Origin: a bacterium
GTDB taxonomy: Bacteria > Myxococcota_A > Bradymonadia > Bradymonadales > Bradymonadaceae
NCBI GenBank assembly: GCA_041390025.1
Contig: JAWKQR010000029.1
Coordinates: 5,787 to 29,786 of the forward strand
Direction of reading: 5' to 3'
Length of the DNA: 24,000 bases
The position numbers and the translations under genes are program-made. The notes beneath the pieces are model-generated. The model saw only the letters and a program-made list of their open reading frames with translations, was not told where the DNA came from and made no database searches. The stretch's first letter is position 1, and each line of letters starts with the position of its first letter. This document shows positions 1 to 9,012 of the stretch, piece after piece.

Positions 1-216
1 TCCTCCGGCTTCCGGGTGGTCGGTGCGGGTCGGGGTGTGTCTCGCAAGGATCGCCATGATAGGAGATCACCCGCCTCTGATCAAGTCTCTTGGATTTATA
101 GAAATATAGTCGTGGTAGTAGGGGCTGGGGAAAGTCGGGAAAACCCCCGGCGCCGCACGTAGACGCTTTGGCGTCAGGAGGTTGGCGAACGCGGGGTCCG
201 GGGATAACCACCGGAC

Positions 217-317
217 GGTTGCCCCCGTGCACCGGGGTTGTCCCCGCCCTCGGAGCTGTCCCCGCGACGCCTTCGCCACCGCCCGGGTTGTCCCTCCTTG
301 TCCCCAGGGTTGTCCCA
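217..317 (+). repeat. Array of six same-orientation copies of the motif (G)GTTGTCCC(C)
   Basis: Copies read directly: GGTTGCCCCC 217-226, GGTTGTCCCC 236-245, GCTGTCCCC 255-263, GGTTGTCCCT 286-295, CCTTGTCCCC 296-305, GGTTGTCCCA 308-317. The array lies in non-coding DNA downstream of the methyltransferase gene and next to a 33% GC island at 81-120. The TTGTCC half resembles the high-GC DnaA-box variant TTGTCCACA, but the ACA end is missing. Confidence 0.6.
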
Positions 318-361
318 AGGGAATCGCGCGCGGACGCCGGGCGCCGCGGGTCCCGCAGGGT

Positions 362-1144
362 TCAGCGGCAGACCGCGAGATGGGTGACGATGGGCGCCAG
401 CAGCGGCCCTTTGACCTGCCAGGGACCGAGGCGGCGGTCCATCTCGGCGACGATGGCGGGCTCGCCCGCGGCACACCGCTCGGCGTCGGCCGCGGCCGGC
501 GGCAGGTAGCGCAGGAAGGCGGCGGCGAAGGCGCCGGCCGAGGGGTGGGCGGTGTGCACGCTGATGCGGGTGACCGACACCCGCGCGAAGGAAGCCGCCA
601 GCAGCGCGTGCAGGTCCTCCTCCTCGGGCAGCGAGAAGGGGGCGCCGACGAACGCGGCGGCGGCCGGGCCCAGGTGGGTGCCCAGGACGTCGCGCAAGGC
701 CAGGTAGAAGGGGCAGTCGGCGATGTGGGTCCAGCACATGACCACGGCGCGGCCGCCGGCGGCGGTGACGCGGCGCATCTCCCGCACGACGGCGGCGCGG
801 TCGGCCGCGAACTGCAGGCCCTGGTGGCAGAGCAGCAGGGAGAAGGCGCCGTCACGGAAGGGCAGGCCGGCCATGTCGGCGCGCACCCAGGCGGCGGGCG
901 CGCCGCCGGTGTAGAAGGCGGCGGCCTTCTTGAGGATGTTGGGACCGATGTCCACGCCGCACACGCTGCCCCGCGCGCCGGCCAGGGCGCCGGCCTTGCA
1001 GGCGGCGATGCCGCTGCCGCAAGCCACGTCCAGCACGCGGTCGCCGGTGTGGGGGCGGGCCGCGGCGATGAGGTGGCGGATGGACGGCTCGAAAACGTTG
1101 GCGTCGAAGCTGTAGACCGGGCGGCTGCCGTCACCCGCGGTCAT
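362..1144 (-). CDS. Class I SAM-dependent methyltransferase (Methyltransf_11 / UbiE-like)
   Basis: A 260-aa frame starts at ATG 1144 (MTAGDGSRPVYSF...). It has SAM motif I (VLDVACGSG), an acidic post-I residue (CGVD) and LLLCHQGLQF. This is the 3' part of the listed 362..2677 ORF; the rest of that ORF is an off-frame read-through of dnaA. The ATG lies 2 nt after the dnaA stop. Confidence 0.8.
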   Translation of the reverse strand: MTAGDGSRPVYSFDANVFEPSIRHLIAAARPHTGDRVLDVACGSGIAACKAGALAGARGSVCGVDIGPNILKKAAAFYTGGAPAAWVRADMAGLPFRDGAFSLLLCHQGLQFAADRAAVVREMRRVTAAGGRAVVMCWTHIADCPFYLALRDVLGTHLGPAAAAFVGAPFSLPEEEDLHALLAASFARVSVTRISVHTAHPSAGAFAAAFLRYLPPAAADAERCAAGEPAIVAEMDRRLGPWQVKGPLLAPIVTHLAVCR

Positions 1145-1146
1145 GG

Positions 1147-2543
1147 TCAGCTCCGGGACCGGATCCGGTCCATGAGGTCGCGGATGGCCCCGCGGAAGCG
1201 GGGGTCCTTCTCCATCTCCTGCGCGATCTTCTGGCAGCCGTGGGCGACGGTGGAGTGGTCGCGGCCGCCGAAGGCGCGGCCGATTTGGTTGAGGGAGGCG
1301 CCGGTCATCTCTCTGGCGAGGTGCATCGCGATCTGGCGGGCCCGGGCCAGGTCCTGGGTGCGTCGCTTGGACTTGAGCTGATCGACGGTCACACCGTGGA
1401 CGTCCGCGACCACGGCCATGACATCGGCGATCTTCACGGGTCCGGGAGAGCTGCCCTGGATGAAGGAGGAGAGGACCTCCGAGGCCATCTCCAGGGAGAT
1501 CTCGCGCCCGGTCAGGCTCGCGAACGCCAGCAGACGAATCAGCGCCCCCTCGAGGCGGCGGATGTTGTCGGTGACGCGCTCGGCGATGAAGCCGATCACG
1601 TCGTCGGGGATGTAGATGGAGTTGACCTCGACCTTGCGCTTGAGGATGGCGATGCGCGTCTCGAGGTTCGGGGGCTGGATGTCGGTGATCAGGCCCCACT
1701 CGAAGCGCGAACGCAGCCGTTCCTCCAGCGTGGTGATCTCCTTGGGGGAGCGGTCGCTGGTCAGCACGATCTGCTTCTTCAGGTCGTAGAGTGCGTTGAA
1801 GGTGTGGAAGAACTCCTCCTGGGTCGATTCCTTGCCGGCCAGGAAGGCGACGTCGTCGACCAGGAGCACGTCCACGCTGCGGTACCGGAGCTTGAAGTCC
1901 GGCGTCCGGTTCTCCTTGATGGACAGGATGAGGTCGTTCATGAAGTTCTCGGCCGAGACGTAGCACACCCGCCATTCGGGGTTGCGGGCGGCGATGGCGT
2001 TGCCGACCGCCTGCATCAGGTGCGTCTTGCCCAGGCCGACCCCGCCGTGGATGAACAGCGGGTTGAAGTGGCCGCCGGGGTTGTTGGCCACGGCGGTGGC
2101 CGCGGCGTAGGCCAGGTCGGTGCCCGACCCCACCACGAAGTTCGTGAAGGTGTAATCGCCGTTCAGGTTGCTGCCCTGCCAGGCGGGGCGCTCCAGGACG
2201 GCCAGGCTGGCCGCGGGCCGGGGCGCCGGGCGGGCGGGCTCGTCCTCGGGGACGGCCGCCGGCGCGTCCTGCAGGGACAGGGGCCGGCTGGCCTCCTCGG
2301 CGTTCACGTCCAGCACGAAGGAGATGTTCCGCCCGAAGTAGGTGGACCCGGCCTCGTTGAGGATCTCCAGCTGGTGCTCGGTGAACCAGTCCCGGAAGAA
2401 GTGGTTGGGGCAGGTCACGTGGTAGGAGCCGTTGCTCCCCGCCACCGGCTTGAGGGGGCGAACCAGGTGTTGAACGTCTGCAGGCCGACGTTCTGGCGGA
2501 CGCGGTCCAGGATCTCAGGCCAGTGAGCGTCGAGGTTGGACAC
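1147..2543 (-). CDS. dnaA: Chromosomal replication initiator DnaA, with one apparent 1-nt frameshift near 2463
   Basis: ORF 1147..2445 carries the AAA+ Walker A (GGVGLGKTHL), Walker B (LLVDDV) and the C-terminal DNA-binding helix (HSTVAHG). The N-terminal domain (VSNLDAHWPEILDRVRQNVGLQTFNTWF) sits in another frame from GTG 2543. The two frames join if one base is restored in TGGTTC-GCCCCC, giving ...NTWFRPLKPVAGSNG.... Confidence 0.9.
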
Positions 2544-2588
2544 GGGAGCGGGCCCCTTCCCGGTTGGACACCCCGGCAGCAACCTGTG

Positions 2589-2698
2589 TTGTCCACAAGC
2601 CTGTGCCCGGCGAAGATCCAACATTGCAGCGACTTGAACTTCTCGCAGACCCGAGAAAGAAAAGTTATCCACAGCACTCTCTGGGTGTGGATAACTTT
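2589..2698. promoter_or_regulatory. DnaA-box cluster in the dnaA/rpmH divergent spacer (dnaA autoregulation and/or oriC element)
   Basis: A perfect consensus box TTATCCACA lies at 2665-2673 and its inverted copy TGTGGATAA at 2686-2694. Both sit inside a 13-bp perfect inverted repeat, AAAGTTATCCACA (2661-2673) / TGTGGATAACTTT (2686-2698). The variant TTGTCCACA lies at 2589-2597. The spacer is visibly less GC-rich than its flanks. Confidence 0.7.
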
Positions 2699-2986
2699 TG
2701 TCTCCCCTTCCGCGGGTTATCGTCAGGTGGCCGAAGTTATCATGGCCCCCAGGCCCCATCAAGGGATTTCTACCGGAAAAAATTCACGGTCCGTTAACCT
2801 GCGCCGGGCCAGGAAATTGAGGCGGGGCGCCGTCCTGCGCGGCTGCCCGCCGGCAGGGTCGGGTCCGCGGGGCGCCCCCGGACCCGGGGCTTCCGCCCGG
2901 GGGATAACCCGGTGTCTTTCCTTGACACTGCCGCCGTGGTTGCTTACTCTTTCGCGGCTGAATCAAGAACCCAAAAGGAGAGATCC

Positions 2987-3121
2987 GTGAAGCGGACGTT
3001 CCAGCCGAGCAACCTCAAGCGATCCCGGACCCACGGCTTCCGCAAGCGCATGTCCACGCGCGCGGGCCGCCTGGTCCTGAAGCGCCGGCGCGCCAAGGGC
3101 CGCAAGCGCATTTCGGCCTGA
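2987..3121 (+). CDS. rpmH: 50S ribosomal protein L34
   Basis: GTG 2987 is preceded by AAGGAG at 2975-2980. The 44-aa product [44 protein letters not shown] is the canonical L34 sequence. Confidence 0.95.
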   Translation: MKRTFQPSNLKRSRTHGFRKRMSTRAGRLVLKRRRAKGRKRISA

Positions 3122-3122
3122 G

Positions 3123-3551
3123 GTGCCGGACCGGGACCGCAGCGAGTGGCGGTCTTTGGTGCATAAAACGGAATTCCAGAGGGTATACGAAGAAGGCGTC
3201 AAGCGAGTCGGACGCCTTCTCGTGGTTTACCTGTTGCCTGCCGATGACACGGCGCGCGCCGTGGTGGCCAGCCGCAAGGTCGGAGGGGCGGTGCAGCGCA
3301 ACCGCGCGAAGCGCCTGTTGCGCGAAGCCCACCGAACCGGCATCCTGGCCCGGCGCGACGCGGTCATGGGCGTACGATCGAGGTTCTTCCCGACCTCGGC
3401 ACCGGCGGCAGCCGGCGCCGACCCCGCGGCCCCGACCGCGGATCGGGACGGCCGCGCAGGGCTCTGGGTCGTGCTGGTGGCCCGCCAGCGGATCCTCGAC
3501 GCGACGAGCGTCGAGGTGCGGGCCGAACTGGACGAGCTGTTGAGCCACTGA
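3123..3551 (+). CDS. rnpA: Ribonuclease P protein component
   Basis: It starts 1 nt after the rpmH stop, which is the conserved rpmH-rnpA synteny. It carries the RNR-type motif VASRKVGGAVQRNRAKRLLREA. Confidence 0.85.
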   Translation: MPDRDRSEWRSLVHKTEFQRVYEEGVKRVGRLLVVYLLPADDTARAVVASRKVGGAVQRNRAKRLLREAHRTGILARRDAVMGVRSRFFPTSAPAAAGADPAAPTADRDGRAGLWVVLVARQRILDATSVEVRAELDELLSH

Positions 3552-3641
3552 CGCGCCGCGGGAAGCCTCGAAACCGATGCCGAGCGCCCCATTCCTGTTC
3601 ATCCTGTCCCGGGGCGGGGCATCAGCGGGAAGTCATTGCGG

Positions 3642-3926
3642 ATGGCGCTGTGGCGTCTGCCCTATCTGCTGATCCTCGCCTACCGGCGGCTGCTCTCGCC
3701 GCTGCTGCCGTCCACGTGTCGTTTCCACCCGAGCTGCTCGGCCTACGGCCTGGAGGCCCTGCGCACCCACGGCCTGCTGCGGGGCTCGTGGTTGACGGTG
3801 CGGCGCGTGGCCCGCTGCCACCCCTGGCATCCCGGCGGCCTGGATCCCGTGCCCCCGGCCCGCAGCGGCGCCTGCCCGTCGTGCCCGCCCCCATCCCCGA
3901 CCCACGGAGAAACCGCCCATGGATAG
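3642..3926 (+). CDS. yidD: Membrane protein insertion efficiency factor YidD
   Basis: Characteristic sequence [65 protein letters not shown] 3642 is preferred over the TTG at 3636. The gene overlaps the yidC start by 8 nt. Confidence 0.9.
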   Translation: MALWRLPYLLILAYRRLLSPLLPSTCRFHPSCSAYGLEALRTHGLLRGSWLTVRRVARCHPWHPGGLDPVPPARSGACPSCPPPSPTHGETAHG

Positions 3927-5715
3927 GCGCACCGTTCTGGCCTTCGTCCTGATCTTCATCATCCTGGTGGGCTCGCAGGAACTGCTGCGCCGGCTCTACC
4001 CGAAGCCGGCCGCCACGGCGGGCGCCGACTCCACGGCCGTCGTCGCCGAGCCCGCCCCCGCCCGCCCGGAGGCCGGCCCCGTGGGCGTGCAGGCCGACCT
4101 GGGCGTGCCCGGCGGCGGCGACCCCGCGGCCGCGATCGCCACCGACGGCGAGCTGAACAGCCCCGCCGACGCCCTGCGCCTGGTCAACGAAGCCGCCCCC
4201 GCCCTGGTCACCGTCACCACCCCCCTCTACCGCGTCCAGGTGGCCACCGTGGGCGGCCGCATCGTCAGTTGGGAGGGCCTGCAGTACGAGCACTGGCAGG
4301 GCGGGCCCGTGCAGCTGGTGCCGGCCGAGAAGCCGCAGTTCGGGGCCGACGCCCTGCTGTTCGCGGGCAACCAGCTGGATCTGGGCGCCGCCGTGTTCCG
4401 CACCGACGCCACCACCCTGGACGTGCGCGAGGGCGCCCGCTCGCTGGCGCTCTTCGCCTCCCTGGCCGGCGGCCTGGAGGTGCGCAAGACCTACACGTTC
4501 CACGCCGACGGCTACGGCGTCGAGGTGGACTACGCCCTGGTCAGCGTCGACGGCGGGCCCAGCCGCCGCGCCCTCGAGCTGCTGGGCCGCCCCCAGGACT
4601 TCCGCTTCGCCTGGAACCAGGGCATCAACCCCACCGAGCGGAACCAGAAGATGGAGCAGACCGCCATGCGCGCCGTCGCGCGCGTGGGCGACGAATACCT
4701 GGCCAAGAGAAGGATGGATCTGAAGAAGGGTGAGGAGAAGGTGCAGGAGCAGCGGCGGGGCTCGGTCCGCTTCGCCGCCCTCCAGGACCGCTACTTCACC
4801 ATCGCGGGCGTCGTTCCCTGGGAGCAGGGGGAGGCGGTCGAGGGCACGATCCGGCTGGACGGGGACAAGGCGCACGACGCCCAGACCTGGTCCATCGACG
4901 TGCCGGCCCGGCGCGGCGTCGGCGGCGAGATCGCCGTCGCGCGCCTCGACCTGTACATCGGCCCGCAGAAGGCCGAACTGCTCAGCGTGTACAACCAGGG
5001 TCTGGAGAAGTCCATGGACCTGGGCTGGAAGATCTTCCGCCCCCTCACGGAAGTCGTGCTGTGGGGGCTGGATTTCGTGCACCGGTACATCCCGAACTAC
5101 GGGGTGATCATCATCATCTTCTCGGTGCTGACGCGGTTGGCGTTCTTCCCGCTGAACCGCAAGTCGACGGAATCCATGAAGAAGATGCAGGAGCTGCAGC
5201 CCAAGCTGAAGGCCCTCCAGGAGAAGCACAAGGACAACAAGGAGAAGCTGAACGAGGCGACGATGAAGCTGTACCGGGAGGAGAAGGTCAACCCCATGGC
5301 CGGCTGCCTGCCCCTGCTCGTCCAGTCGCCGGTGTTCATCGCCCTCTACCAGGCGCTGAACCACACGATCGAACTGCGCCGCCAGCCGTTCGTCCTGTGG
5401 ATCAAGGACCTCTCCCAACCCGACGCCCTGGCGCAGGCTGCCGTTCTCGCTGCCGATCATGGGCTCGGACCTGAACGTGCTGCCTCTCCTGATGGGCATC
5501 GCCATGTACTTCCAGACCAAGATGACCCCGACCAGCGGCGCGGCCGGCCAGATGGCCGCCATGAACGCGATGATGCCGCTGATCATGGTCGTCTTCTTCT
5601 ACAACATGCCGTCGGGGTCTGGTCCTCTACTGGCTGATCAGCACCATCATGCAGGCCTACCAGAGAGCGGCAGATCCACCGGGCAGCGCCGAGTCAAGGA
5701 GCACAGACAGCATGA
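3919..5715 (+). CDS. yidC: Membrane protein insertase YidC (long, diderm-type periplasmic domain); the 3' end is broken by at least 3 frameshifts
   Basis: ORF 3919..5637 has an N-terminal TM segment, a large P1 domain and the conserved core ([76 protein letters not shown]). After ~5435 the conserved sequence continues in other frames: [31 protein letters not shown]...FFYNMPSG, then [15 protein letters not shown], with a stop at TGA 5713-5715 overlapping the jag ATG. Confidence 0.9.
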
Positions 5716-7524
5716 CCGACAAGATCGAGATCCAGGGCAAGACCGTCGACGAGGCGGTGAGCGAGAACCCTGCTGCGCATGGGCGCCCGCCGCGACGAGG
5801 TGGACGTGACCGTGCTCGAGGAACCCAAGAACGGCTTCTTCGGCTTCCTGGGCGGCCGCCCCGCCCGCGTGATCGTCCCGCCGGCGCGCCAGCGGACCCG
5901 CAGGGCCAGGCCAACGACTTCCGCGTGGACAGCAGCGATCACCCGGCCCACGAGGCTGGGCAGCGGCGACGGCCGCGGCGGCACCCGCCGGCGGGGCGGT
6001 CGCGGCCGGGGCGGCGAGCGCGAGGGCGGCGAGCCGCAGCGAAGGCCGCAGCGAAGGGGCGCAGCAGGGGAGCCGCGGCGAAGGCCGGGGTCGGCGCAGT
6101 GGCAGGGCCGCGGCGAGCCGGAACGAAGGTCGGAACGAGGGCCGGGCGAAGGCCGGAGCGAAGGCCGGAGCGCAGAGGGTCGGGGCCGAGCGCCGGGGCC
6201 GTCGGGACGACGGCCGCCGGGACGACAGCCGGCGCGGCGAAGGCCGCCAGGATGAAGCCCGCGGCGACGGAAGCCGCCGCGAGGACAGCGGCCGCGGCGG
6301 CCGCGAGGCCGCGGCTCCCGGGGGGCGCAGGCGCGGCCAGGAGAGGAACCAGGAGCGCAACCAGGACCGTGGCGACGTGCGGGCGGCGGCCGGCGAGGCG
6401 CCGCGCGGCGACGACGCGTCGGCCGACAAGCGCGACAGCAGCCGCACCGGCGGCAGGGTCGCCGTGGTGGCCGGGGCGGGAGCGGTTCCGGGCGCGAAGG
6501 CCGGCCGCAGCCGCTGGCCGAGGCAGGTCGCCGCTGGACATGGACCACGACAACCTGCAGAGCATCGCCGCCGAGCAGGCCAGATTCCACGCGGATCCAG
6601 GCCCAGGGTAGCCGAGGAGACCGAGGAGGCGCAGCCCGAGGCCGAGGCGGCCGGCGACTTGAAGCGCGGCGAGGGCCACAGCCAGGGCCGGCGCGGCGGG
6701 CGTTCGCGGGGCGGCCGGGGCCGGCGGCGCGACGACGAGCGCGAAGGCGCGCGGGAGGGCGCGCGGGAAGGTGCGCATGAAGGTGCGCGTGAAAGTGCGC
6801 GTGAACGCATCCGACGTTGCGCCCCACGGCGAAGATTCGCAGCCGAGCGCGAGGGCGGCGGCCGGCGGCCGAGACGGCCAACGGCGAAGGCAGGCCATCC
6901 TGCCGGTGAGCGCGCCCGAGGATCGGTCGCGGTCGAGCGCGCCCCGGCGGCCGCCCTGGTGCCGGACAGGGAGATCGCCCTGGGCATCAAGGCGGTGGCG
7001 TATGCCCAGCCGAAGCGCGGCCTCGACAGGCGGCCCTCGACGCAGGCCTCACGGAGAGCGGCTTCGGGCATGCTCGTGCGCGCGGGCTTCCCCTGCCGCT
7101 GCGAGGTGCGGCCGGGCGAGTACCGCATGGTGCGGGTCGTCACCGACGACATCAGCGCCGGCATGCTGATCGGTCGGCACGGCCAGACCATCGACGCCGT
7201 CGAGCACCTGGTCGAGCGCATGGCCAGCACCGCCGCGGGCGACCGCGTGCGCATGAACCTGGACATCAACAACTACCGCCGCCGCCGCGCGAGCTCGCGC
7301 TGCAGGGCCGGGTCGACCAGGTCGTCGCCGAGGTCGCGCGCGACCGGGCAGGACGTGCACCTGGAGCCCATGGACGCGCGCGAGCGCCGCCTCGTGCACC
7401 TCGAGGTCGCCGACCACGAGGGCCACCACCACCCTGGACGGTCGCGGGCGCCGGTGGCAAGCACGTGGTGGTCGGCCTCGACGACGGGACGATCCGTCGG
7501 AGGAGGAGGAGGCCGCGGCGCTGA
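5712..7524 (+). pseudogene. jag: Jag/KhpB-type RNA-binding protein (Jag_N + KH + R3H) with a very long Arg/Gly/Glu-rich linker; several frameshifts
   Basis: The N-terminus [16 protein letters not shown] continues in another frame as MGARRDEVDVTVLEEPKNGFFGFLGGRPARVIV (Jag_N). The KH core is GMLIGRHGQTIDAVEHLVERM. The R3H part is HLEPMDARERRLVHLEVADHEG...GKHVVVGLDDG, with a stop at 7522-7524. The position after yidC is conserved synteny. The frame through 5.9-7.0 kb cannot be resolved by eye. Confidence 0.7.
6743..6802 (+). repeat. Five tandem 12-nt units GAAGGYGCGCRY inside the jag low-complexity linker
   Basis: Units read directly: gaaggcgcgcgg / gagggcgcgcgg / gaaggtgcgcat / gaaggtgcgcgt / gaaagtgcgcgt. 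They encode EGAR-EGAR-EGAH-EGAR-ESAR. Similar short tandem units occur at 6121-6171 (cgaaggccggag x2). Confidence 0.8.
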
Positions 7525-7662
7525 ACCATGCCGAGTCGGCCGATGACGCCGCCGACGCGGTCGAGGAACGAGGCGGCCGGGCGCCGACGCTGACCGGTCC
7601 GTGGTCACGGATGCGGGCGGCGCCCGGCGCCGCCCCTTTCGTCTGTCCGGCTGGAGGAAGCG

Positions 7663-9005
7663 ATGCACGACGCCACGATCGTCGCCCAGGCGACCCTGAG
7701 GGGGCGGCCGGCCTGGCGGTGGTGCGCCTGAGCGGTCCCGACGCCGTGGCGGTGGCCCGGCGCGTGCTGCGCAGCCGGCGCTTCGCCGCCGGCGGTCAGC
7801 CACGCCGTGGTCCAGGCCGTGCTGCACCACCCGGACGACCCGGCGCGGATCATCGACCGCTGCCTGGTGCTGACCCTGCTGGAGGCCGCGCTCCTACACG
7901 GGCGAGGACACCGTCGAATTCTTCCTGCACGGCGGCCGGGCCGTGGCCCGGCCGGAAGGCCGGCCGCCTACCCGCGCCGCCGGCGCCATGCCCGCGGCCG
8001 CGGCGAGTTCACCCGGCGCGCGTTCCTGGCCGGACGGCTGAGCCTGGACCAGGCCGAGGCCGTGGCCGACCTGATCACCGCCGAGGGCGAGCAGGCGGCG
8101 CGGGGCGCTGAACCAGGCTGCGAGGCGGCCTGGCCCGCGAGGCACATGGGCCGCGATCGAGCACCGCTGCTGGACCTGCTGGCGCGCATCGAGGGCAGGC
8201 GTTCGAGTTCCTGGACGAGGACGGCGTCAGGGTCGCACCGCTCGCCGCGGCGGACGAGTGTTCGGACGCCGCGGTCGCGGGCATCGACCGCCTGCTGGCC
8301 ATGGCGCCGGCGGGCCGCCTGCTGCAGGACGGCGTGCAGGTGGTGCTGGCGGGCCCGGTCCAGCGCGGGCAAGAGCGCCCTCTTCAACGCCCTGGTCGGG
8401 GACGAGCGGGCCATCGTCGGCGCGGAGCCCGGCGACCGCGACGTGGTCTCGGCACGGGTCGTGCGCGGCGCTACCGTGTTCGTGCTGCACGACACGGCGG
8501 GGCTGCGTGACGACGCGGGCCGCGTCGAGCGCAAGGGCATCACGCGCATGCGGCGCCGGGTGGCCGAGGCCGACATCGTGCTGGCGGTGGGCGAGGACGC
8601 GCCGCCGACGGTGCCGACAGGCGGCGCGGCGACCATCGCGGTGCGCAGCAAGGTGCGACCGGGGCGGGACCACGCCGGCGGGTTCGCGGTGGCGACGTCG
8701 GGCCTGACCGGCGAAGGTGTGGGCGCGCTGTGGGCGGCCATCGAGGCCGCGGTGGCCAGCCTGCGCCTGGACGACGCGGTGGCGCTGGGCGTGGTGCTCA
8801 ACGAGCGGCACGCGGCGCGCCTGGACGAATGCCGGCGCGAACTGGCCGAACTGGCGGCGATGGCGCGCGGCGCCGCGCCGCCCGGAGCCGAGGTGCTGGG
8901 CTCGCTGCTGGCTTCGATCCTGGCCCGGCTGGGCGAGGTGACGGGGCGCGTGTTCTCGGAGAACCTGCTGAACGCGGTGTTCGCGAAGTTCTGCGTGGGA
9001 AGTGA
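7663..9005 (+). pseudogene. mnmE: tRNA modification GTPase MnmE; at least 6 frame switches
   Basis: Conserved blocks are spread over three frames: MHDATIVAQAT, GLAVVRLSGPDAVAVARRVL, RSYTGEDTVEFFLHGG, GEFTRRAFLAGRLSLDQAEAVADLI, the P-loop SSAGKSALFNALVG, LHDTAGLR and the C-terminal FAKFCVG. The expected ending FCVGK-stop is restored by adding one A to GGAAGTGA at 8998-9005. The G2 motif reads PGDRDV where GTTRD is expected, a net 3-nt loss. Confidence 0.85.
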
Positions 9006-9012
9006 CCTGCCG

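Noticed and set aside
362-2677. A 771-aa minus-strand ORF that seems to fuse the methyltransferase to a long upstream region.
   Set aside because: Only the last 260 aa, from ATG 1144, look like a real protein. The rest is an Arg/Pro/Gly-rich off-frame reading of dnaA, an open frame kept open by the high GC content.
3622-5586. A 654-aa minus-strand ORF antisense to yidC. Similar long ORFs occur at 5647..7272, 5694..6881, 5939..6898 and 7968..10532 (854 aa), and on the plus strand at 182..1381, 1240..2526 and 10034..11350.
   Set aside because: All overlap recognisable conserved genes in another frame or strand. All have low-complexity A/R/G/P-rich translations with no motifs. They are typical spurious ORFs of >70% GC DNA.
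6743-6802. Tandem 12-nt repeats considered as a possible CRISPR-like or regulatory repeat array.
   Set aside because: The units are contiguous with no spacers, lie inside the jag low-complexity coding linker and encode an (EGAR)n peptide. This is a coding microsatellite, not a CRISPR array.
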